Part shown: one piece after another, positions 25,705-31,479 of the stretch | Layout: each line of letters begins with the position of its first letter | Position numbering within the stretch: position 1 is the first letter of the stretch | Source: a virus | Lineage: Duplodnaviria; Heunggongvirae; Uroviricota; Caudoviricetes | Virus record (IMG/VR): IMGVR_UViG_2547132280_000007 | Reading direction: 5' to 3' (one strand) | Length of the DNA stretch: 31,479 bases | Notes under the pieces: model-generated | What the model was told of the DNA's origin: nothing | The model's input: the letters and a program-made list of their open reading frames with translations, nothing else | Database searches by the model: none | Position numbers and translations under genes: made by a program

Positions 25705-27981
25705 TTATTGTTTAATTGAAAAAACCGACCACTCATTAGCGACCGGATACGTGAATTTTTTCCCGTCATAATTTACGGTTGCCCCACGCGCCAGCGCCTC
25801 AAGCTCCCATCGCTGCGGCCTGATACCGTTCTGAGCAAGGTCAACGCGGATACGGGTAATTTGCATTCGTTCCGACCGGGTCAGTCTGGCCGATGGTGCC
25901 ATTTCATGCGGTTTTAACGGGCTTCCGTTTCTTTGCTGGCGATTTGGTGTTCTCAGGCCATGTTTTAATGCACCTCTGAGCGCCCTCACGACCTCCGGGT
26001 CATTCCATTCGATGACACCGTCATCAACCAGATTAAGCACTGCTGCGGCGTGCTCAGAAGGTGTGGGGGCTGGTAACGAAGTATCACCACCGGTGAGCTT
26101 TCCACAGTTATTGACAGGACTCCGAGGCGCGGCGATGCCGCTTTTTAAAGTCAAAGGCTCAACGACCGGAACTTTCGGCACAATGCGCCAGTCCGTCGTT
26201 CTGGTGATATGAATATGACGCGCGCCGAGATGCGGCGCGTAAATGCCGACCACTCTCTCGACTTCTTCCTCGTACTCGTTAACGTCATCCGACGGGCTAC
26301 GGGCAACCCTGACAGTCTGACAATCGCGCGGGACATTTGCCCCACCCTGCGCGCTGATATACAACGCAAAATCACCACTGTCTGCGGCAGCGCGAGCAGC
26401 CTCGACGCGTTCGTCAAACTCATCAGCAATACTGACGCCGCGAGGCAATTTGCGTAGTTCACGGTAAGCCCCCATTGTCGGCAGTCCAACCGTTTTAAAT
26501 TGCGGGATGCGCCACGTTGACGCCCATGCGGTAACAGCCGCGGCAGTATCTTTAAGCGGCTTACCGGTATCGTTATCGAGCTGACCATCCAGTGCATAGC
26601 CGTCGATATTTTTTGAAATGTATTTCGCGATATATCCCGCAGCACCGCCCCGGTTAAGGTGCTTTGCCTGAAAACGGTTTCGCGCGGCTCCTCTTTCGTC
26701 ACCATCCTCTTTGAGCGCATAGCGACGCATGATTTCGATAATCTGGTTACGCTGGCGTGGATTACAAAAAAGCATCATATGCCAGTGCGGCGTTCCGTCG
26801 TGGTGTGGCTCGACGACACGCAAACCGTAGACCTGTAAATCATTATCCTTAAATGCCGTGCGCATCAGGCTCCAGATGCGGCAGAGATAACGCTGCGCAT
26901 CCTTTGGATTAAATGCCTCATCGTTCCAGCCGTGATTAAGCTGAACGGTTTTACTTTCGCCTTTTCTGACCTGACGAGTCGGGTGATACTTTGACGGCGC
27001 GGTCAGCGTGATAAACATCCCCACATCACCCTCTGCGGCGGCGTAACGCTCAATACCGGCAATGGTGTTCATCAGCTCCATCCGGCGAATTTCAGGATTA
27101 GAAATACTGCCCATCACCTTACTGATAAGGTCGATGCGCTCGCCGGTTTCCCTGTTTTCAAGGTCACACGATTTAAGAAATTCCAGATTTGCCTGGCGGC
27201 GCGCACGCACATCACGAATGGCGTGTTTACTGGCATAAGGAGAACGGTCTTTATTGACCTCCCCGACAGCTATCAGTAACGCTTCATGCCAGCGCATACG
27301 CTGGCCTTTAAGCTGATGAGTCCACCACTCATCGTTAAACAGACGGGCAATGGCAGAATATGCCTGCCTCGTGGTCATCTGCCCTTTACGGTATTTTTTC
27401 CAGTAGAGCGGGGATATATTGAAAGCACGTGCAGCGCCAGCAACATGACCATAGAGGTGAGCCTGCGCCTCATCCGTAAACAGCGATTCTTTTTCGCCAT
27501 GCGCATCCACCCAGGCATCGCTGAGTTCCTCATACATCATGAAAAGCTGCGATGAGATACGGGCAACAAACTTTTTCAGCTCCTTGTCATTCATTCCCGG
27601 CAGGCGCGCATAGTGGTCACGCTCTGCCAGAAACAGTAACGACGCGTCGGTGTTCATTTCATGGCGCTGATTCACACGCTCAATGCGCGGCCATAAACGA
27701 CGCTGAAAAGTGGATGTGAGGAAATAAAACCCGTGCACCGGGCTTTTATTGCGCCGGATGTAGTCATAGCGTGAAGTAAACAGCGAGCGCAAAAAGTAAG
27801 GCAGGCGGTTAATCGTGGATAAAACACCCTGCACCTGACGCATCTCGTCACGTGTAAGGGGTCTTTCGCGCCCGACAGCCTCGCGTGGCGCGTTCCATGC
27901 ATAAGCACCGGTAAACGCCTTACCGGTGCCTGCGGCAAATACTGACGGAGGGACAAAACGCCCGGAGGCTTTAACGGCCAT
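25705..27981 (-). CDS. A: replication initiation protein gpA (rolling-circle nickase)
   Basis: Large protein directly after B and the small ORFs. Start chosen at MAVKASGRFVPP... (ATG 27981, coupled to the upstream ORF stop); the track ORF extends to 28023. Confidence 0.85.
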   Translation of the reverse strand: MAVKASGRFVPPSVFAAGTGKAFTGAYAWNAPREAVGRERPLTRDEMRQVQGVLSTINRLPYFLRSLFTSRYDYIRRNKSPVHGFYFLTSTFQRRLWPRIERVNQRHEMNTDASLLFLAERDHYARLPGMNDKELKKFVARISSQLFMMYEELSDAWVDAHGEKESLFTDEAQAHLYGHVAGAARAFNISPLYWKKYRKGQMTTRQAYSAIARLFNDEWWTHQLKGQRMRWHEALLIAVGEVNKDRSPYASKHAIRDVRARRQANLEFLKSCDLENRETGERIDLISKVMGSISNPEIRRMELMNTIAGIERYAAAEGDVGMFITLTAPSKYHPTRQVRKGESKTVQLNHGWNDEAFNPKDAQRYLCRIWSLMRTAFKDNDLQVYGLRVVEPHHDGTPHWHMMLFCNPRQRNQIIEIMRRYALKEDGDERGAARNRFQAKHLNRGGAAGYIAKYISKNIDGYALDGQLDNDTGKPLKDTAAAVTAWASTWRIPQFKTVGLPTMGAYRELRKLPRGVSIADEFDERVEAARAAADSGDFALYISAQGGANVPRDCQTVRVARSPSDDVNEYEEEVERVVGIYAPHLGARHIHITRTTDWRIVPKVPVVEPLTLKSGIAAPRSPVNNCGKLTGGDTSLPAPTPSEHAAAVLNLVDDGVIEWNDPEVVRALRGALKHGLRTPNRQQRNGSPLKPHEMAPSARLTRSERMQITRIRVDLAQNGIRPQRWELEALARGATVNYDGKKFTYPVANEWSVFSIKQ

Positions 27982-28246
27982 ATGAGCCAAAAGCCTCTGA
28001 ACAACGCTTGCTGAGTTGCTCAACCTGCGCGTTTAAATCAGCAAAAGATTTTGCGCTTCCGGTCAGAATATCGTGATGCATCAGGCCGGAAACGAGCTGG
28101 CTTAATTTCGGGTAATAACCAACCACTGCCAGCCATTCCTGACCGGCGTTTTTACCGCTTTCCGCTCTCTTTCTCTCGTGGAGAATAAACTGAAAGCTGT
28201 CACTGGTAACGACATAACGTTCGCCAATTTCAATACGAATACTCAT
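27971..28246 (-). CDS. small early protein, 91 aa (P2 orf83-position)
   Basis: Synteny between B and A; overlapping stop/start with neighbours. Confidence 0.6.
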   Translation of the reverse strand: MSIRIEIGERYVVTSDSFQFILHERKRAESGKNAGQEWLAVVGYYPKLSQLVSGLMHHDILTGSAKSFADLNAQVEQLSKRCSEAFGSYGR

Positions 28247-28467
28247 GCCATTCTCCGGTAATGTTTGTTTTTTGCTTCAAAGACTGACTGACAGGAAACA
28301 CAACGCGTGGCTGACGGATAAGCCGCACGACGGGCAGCAGGTATTGGCGCGTCACACTCTTCGCAAACCAGCGCAGAAGCACCGCAATGTTTTACCCTTG
28401 CCGCGTTAATCTGGCGCTCCAGTAATTCAGCCTGTTGTTCCTGAATAAAATCTACGTTGTCCGGCAT
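28243..28467 (-). CDS. TraR/DksA-like C4 zinc-finger protein, 74 aa (P2 orf82-position)
   Basis: Two CxxC pairs: CEEC and CVSC separated by about 17 aa. Confidence 0.65.
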   Translation of the reverse strand: MPDNVDFIQEQQAELLERQINAARVKHCGASALVCEECDAPIPAARRAAYPSATRCVSCQSVFEAKNKHYRRMA

Positions 28468-28469
28468 TA

Positions 28470-28772
28470 TCAGCTCCTTTTATCGTTAAGTTTCCTGGAT
28501 ACATCAGCGCAATAAATGACAAGTTCTGTCGTTAATTTTGTCAGTTCATCCACGGAGGAAATTTGCTTGTGAAATACAGCGCGTTTCACAAGTAAATTGA
28601 CCACATCAGACAGGAGGTTTAATTCGTTCTGATAAATCGCGATAACAGATTCAGTTATTTCGTGTTTTTCTTTATCAAGCCTAAGTTGAATAAGAGACAA
28701 ATCGCCATTTTTCATAACGGAGATTTTTAAGGCATTGTTCAGTAATACAACTGAACGAGAACAGGACATCAA
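28470..28772 (-). CDS. small early protein, 100 aa (P2 orf81-position)
   Basis: Synteny; overlapping stop/start with neighbours. Confidence 0.55.
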   Translation of the reverse strand: MMSCSRSVVLLNNALKISVMKNGDLSLIQLRLDKEKHEITESVIAIYQNELNLLSDVVNLLVKRAVFHKQISSVDELTKLTTELVIYCADVSRKLNDKRS

Positions 28773-28993
28773 AGCACCTCCCCGCGAGACAATCCGATAT
28801 TGTGAAATTTTTCCGACTCCTGACTGAGCAGCTCGACTATCTCCACGCGGGATAACTCCGCCTTTGTGATGTGGCGAATCATGGCGTCAAGATGAGAAGA
28901 AAAGCGCGTCGCTGCATCGGCCTGTGCTTCGGTTCTGGCCTGTTGCAGCAGTAATGCGTATTTACCGCACTGATTTTCAGAAACTGTATGCAT
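28769..28993 (-). CDS. small early protein, 74 aa (P2 orf80-position)
   Basis: Synteny immediately downstream of B. Confidence 0.55.
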   Translation of the reverse strand: MHTVSENQCGKYALLLQQARTEAQADAATRFSSHLDAMIRHITKAELSRVEIVELLSQESEKFHNIGLSRGEVL

Positions 28994-29056
28994 GACTTTC
29001 TCCAGGCAAAAAGAAGCCCCGCACGATTAAGTGCGTTAAAAACTCTGGTTAATTAT

Positions 29057-29557
29057 TTAATGCAGATATTGCTCTGGTTTAACCGACGTCAGAATTGTCG
29101 GTGCATACTCAAACAGGCTGAATAATTCACGTAATGCACGGAATAAGGCATCACGCCAGTAACATGATTCTTCATTAATTCGCCAGTATGGCTGGTTGAA
29201 TTCTTTTTCAGTCAATCCGGCATGCATAAATAAAGTACGGCGCTGACTGACTGTTAAAAAACTAATATATGCATACTCACTTGCACCGACCTGACGGCGT
29301 TTTGAGAATGCCCCACGCAGTTCATCAATTGCACAAACCAGCCGTTCACGTTCGACGTCGTTCATTTCTTCAAAACGCATCGTTGCGTGACGTTGTTTTA
29401 ACTGCGCATGGAAGCAAACCGTTAACCGTTCGCGCTCCATCATCTGATTATAATAATCACATGTATCCTGCCAGCGAGGGACGGCAAGATGCTTACCAAT
29501 TATCCGGCGCATAGCTGCTGGCTGTTTTTCAACGAGATTAAGCGTCATCACTGTCAT
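29057..29557 (-). CDS. B: replication protein gpB (helicase-loader-like), 166 aa
   Basis: Start at the third codon (MTVMTLNL...) gives the P2 gpB length; the track ORF extends to 29563. Confidence 0.8.
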   Translation of the reverse strand: MTVMTLNLVEKQPAAMRRIIGKHLAVPRWQDTCDYYNQMMERERLTVCFHAQLKQRHATMRFEEMNDVERERLVCAIDELRGAFSKRRQVGASEYAYISFLTVSQRRTLFMHAGLTEKEFNQPYWRINEESCYWRDALFRALRELFSLFEYAPTILTSVKPEQYLH

Positions 29558-29724
29558 TTCCATACCCTCCGGCTTTTCAGAAAGGTCAGAGCCTTCTTTA
29601 ACGGACTCTGTTTTTTGGTGCGGATAATGATTCCCTTGCGCCCCTTCCCGTGGGTGATGGTGAAGTCAATCGCCCTGGGGCTTTCGTTACGCAGTAACTG
29701 AGCAATACAACGCGGCTCATTCAT
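29554..29724 (-). CDS. small ORF between cox and B (P2 orf78-position)
   Basis: Start MNEPRC... at ATG 29724 (GGATGGGG upstream); its stop overlaps the B start. Small and basic; weak evidence. Confidence 0.4.
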   Translation of the reverse strand: MNEPRCIAQLLRNESPRAIDFTITHGKGRKGIIIRTKKQSPLKKALTFLKSRRVWK

Positions 29725-29726
29725 AA

Positions 29727-30014
29727 TCACAACCCCATCCACAAGAGCCATGCATCACGCTGTTCAACCGGTCGGTTATAAAACGCCTCACGTACAGCGC
29801 GATTAAACTCAGGAATGAAAACCCATTTTTCACCGGCACGAGCCTTCGGTTTGCAAGGATCACGCAATTCAATAATTGGTAATTTATTTGCTTTCACCAT
29901 TTCACTGACGGCTGTCTTTGGCTTCCCTAATAAATCAGCAAATTTATCCACATGAACCGCATCAAGCGGATACTGAATCACATAATTTTCAGCGTCCATA
30001 TATGGTACCCTCAT
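29727..30014 (-). CDS. cox: Cox-like excisionase / early-promoter repressor, 95 aa
   Basis: First gene of the leftward early operon, divergent from C. ...RDPCKPKARAGEKWVFIPEFN...WLLWMGL parallels the P2 Cox pattern as recalled, but is clearly diverged. Confidence 0.7.
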   Translation of the reverse strand: MRVPYMDAENYVIQYPLDAVHVDKFADLLGKPKTAVSEMVKANKLPIIELRDPCKPKARAGEKWVFIPEFNRAVREAFYNRPVEQRDAWLLWMGL

Positions 30015-30076
30015 AGGATCCAGCCCTTTCTAAACCACTCAAAACCGTTTAGACGCTGGTTTATTCTCAAATCAAT

Positions 30077-30094
30077 GGAACCTATATAGGTTCC
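30077..30094. promoter_or_regulatory. 18-bp perfect palindrome GGAACCTATATAGGTTCC; candidate operator
   Basis: Read directly from the sequence. Confidence 0.55.
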
Positions 30095-30114
30095 AGTTTT
30101 GAGGGAATTTAGTC

Positions 30115-30124
30115 CCTATATAGG
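30115..30124. promoter_or_regulatory. second CCTATATAGG copy, 34 bp downstream of the first; candidate operator
   Basis: Direct repeat of the 10-bp palindromic core, ending 11 bp before the C start. Confidence 0.5.
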
Positions 30125-30135
30125 CACCATGTCAA

Positions 30136-30429
30136 ATGAAATTAAGCGAAAAGATTAAGGCCTTGCGTGAGGCTGAAGGGCTAAGCCAATCAAAATTCTG
30201 TGAAATCATAGAGTTACCGCTAAGCACACTTAAAAAATATGAAGGAGGAAACTTTGAACCCGGTGGCACAGCTTTGCTAAAAATCACTATGCATCCCACA
30301 TTCCAAAAATATGCTCTATGGCTTATGACAGATAAAACCGCGCCGGACGCAGGACAAATCGCACCGGCTCTCGCGCACATTGGGCCAGAGTCAACAGAGT
30401 CCAACCACTCCGCGAAAAGGATTGGCTAA
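30136..30429 (+). CDS. C: immunity repressor C, 97 aa
   Basis: The C-terminal ...YALWLMTDKTAPDAGQIAPALAHIG... resembles the P2 C repressor as recalled; divergently oriented to cox. Confidence 0.75.
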   Translation: MKLSEKIKALREAEGLSQSKFCEIIELPLSTLKKYEGGNFEPGGTALLKITMHPTFQKYALWLMTDKTAPDAGQIAPALAHIGPESTESNHSAKRIG

Positions 30430-30498
30430 CTCTATATAAAGATTACATTTTCACCATTTGCTACCAAGATGGTGAATACAGCGCCGGAGGGCTTTCTT

Positions 30499-31479
30499 AT
30501 GGCAATTAAGAAGCTCGATGATGGTCGCTATGAAGTGGACATTAGACCTCGCGGTCGCGACGGAAAACGCATCCGCAGGAAATTCGAAAGAAAAGCTGAA
30601 GCACTAGCATTTGAGCGATACACAATCGCCAATGCCAGTCAGAAAGAATGGGGAGGCCAGCGAGCAGACCGCCGAACTTTGAGTGAGTTGCTGGACATCT
30701 GGTGGAAATATCACGGGCAAAACCACGAGCATGGAACAAAAGAGTTTAATCATCTACTCAAAACCATCAGCGGCATAGGTGATATACCAGTGAGCCGGAT
30801 GAGCAAAAGGGCTTTGATGGATTATCGTTCCATGCGACTACGTGATGGTATCAGTGCCGCAACGATAAACCGTGACATGTACCGATTATCCGGCATGTTC
30901 ACAAAATTAATTCAATTGGATGAATTTTCCGGGCAACACCCAATTCACGGACTGCCGCCACTGGCGGAGGCCAACCCTGAAATGACGTTCCTGGAAAAAG
31001 CAGAAATCGCAAAACTGTTAAATGTTTTGGCTGGTGATGACTTACTTGTCGCGCTTTTATGTCTGAGCACTGGAGGAAGATGGACGGAAGTTGCCACGCT
31101 AAAACCAGCACAGATTACAAATTGCAGGGTTACCTTCCTGAAAACCAAAAACGGTAAAAAGCGAACCGTGCCGATTTCTGAGGAACTGGAGAAAAAAGTT
31201 AAAGAGGAGGCCAGCGCCAAATTATTCAAAGTTGATTATGAGAAATTTTGCGGGATTTTACGCAGAGTGAAACCTGATATACCACCCAATCAGGCAACCC
31301 ACATCCTGCGGCATACATTCGCAAGCCATTTCATGATGAATGGGGGCAATATAATCGCACTGCAACAGATTCTGGGACATGCGAGCATTCAGCAGACGAT
31401 GGCCTATGCGCACCTTGCGCCTGACTACCTGCAAAATGCCGTCGCTCTGAATCCACTAAAAGGCGGAGTGACGTTATAA
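30499..31479 (+). CDS. int: tyrosine integrase, 326 aa
   Basis: Start MAIKKLDDGRYEVDIRP... (GGAGGG 7 nt upstream); C-terminal catalytic motifs HILRHTFASHF and GHASIQQTMAYAHL (Tyr). The stop is the last codon of the window. Confidence 0.9.
   Translation: MAIKKLDDGRYEVDIRPRGRDGKRIRRKFERKAEALAFERYTIANASQKEWGGQRADRRTLSELLDIWWKYHGQNHEHGTKEFNHLLKTISGIGDIPVSRMSKRALMDYRSMRLRDGISAATINRDMYRLSGMFTKLIQLDEFSGQHPIHGLPPLAEANPEMTFLEKAEIAKLLNVLAGDDLLVALLCLSTGGRWTEVATLKPAQITNCRVTFLKTKNGKKRTVPISEELEKKVKEEASAKLFKVDYEKFCGILRRVKPDIPPNQATHILRHTFASHFMMNGGNIIALQQILGHASIQQTMAYAHLAPDYLQNAVALNPLKGGVTL

Larger units (their letters stand above)
30015..30135. promoter_or_regulatory. immunity switch region: divergent early promoters and operators between cox and C
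   Basis: 121-bp spacer between divergent cox and C, containing two copies of the palindrome CCTATATAGG. Confidence 0.6.
643..31479 (-). mobile_element. P2-like temperate myophage prophage (Peduovirus-type), near-complete, inverted relative to the conventional prophage map
   Basis: Full P2 gene order ogr-D-U-T-E-FII-FI-G-H-I-J-W-V-S-R-lys-K-Y-X-L-M-N-O / P-Q / cos / A-B-cox-C-int recognised from the ORF translations; protein lengths match P2 (T 815, FI 396, FII 172, N 357, Q 344, V 211, W 115, S 150, R 155, K 165, Y 93). Confidence 0.9.

Noticed and set aside
30128-30157. Alternative upstream ATG for C at 30128
   Set aside because: That frame reaches a stop after 9 codons; the ORF beginning at 30136 is the only one giving a repressor-length product.
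1-31479. tRNA, rRNA or other structured RNA genes
   Set aside because: No cloverleaf-like or conserved RNA sequence was recognised by eye, and the window is almost fully covered by protein-coding genes. A dedicated tool (tRNAscan, Infernal) would be needed to exclude small RNAs.

Overview
The window is an essentially complete P2-like (Peduovirus-type) temperate myovirus prophage, shown in inverted orientation (ogr at the left, integrase at the right). The whole late-gene set is present and syntenic with P2 on the minus strand: ogr, D, U, T, E/E+E', FII, FI, G, H, I, J, W, V, S, R, lysC/lysB/lysA, K, Y, X, L, M, N, O. P (terminase ATPase) and Q (portal) run divergently on the plus strand, followed by a terminator and a sequence matching the P2 19-nt cos site. 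The early region is A, four small ORFs, B, cox, then C and int. Three parts differ from the conserved backbone. (1) Between cos and gene A, where P2 carries tin/old, an AT-rich cargo island encodes a ParB/Srx-like protein, an overlapping uncharacterised partner and a convergent C5 cytosine methyltransferase; this is the best candidate for an undescribed defence or modification system. (2) The tail-fibre module H/G is mosaic, with four ~120-bp tandem coding repeats and a glycine-rich C-terminal domain. (3) An AT-rich 213-aa ORF of unknown function lies beyond ogr at the left edge. Everything rests on reading the sequence and the supplied ORF translations against remembered P2 biology; no database search was run. 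The att sites are not visible and the remembered P2 att core was not found.
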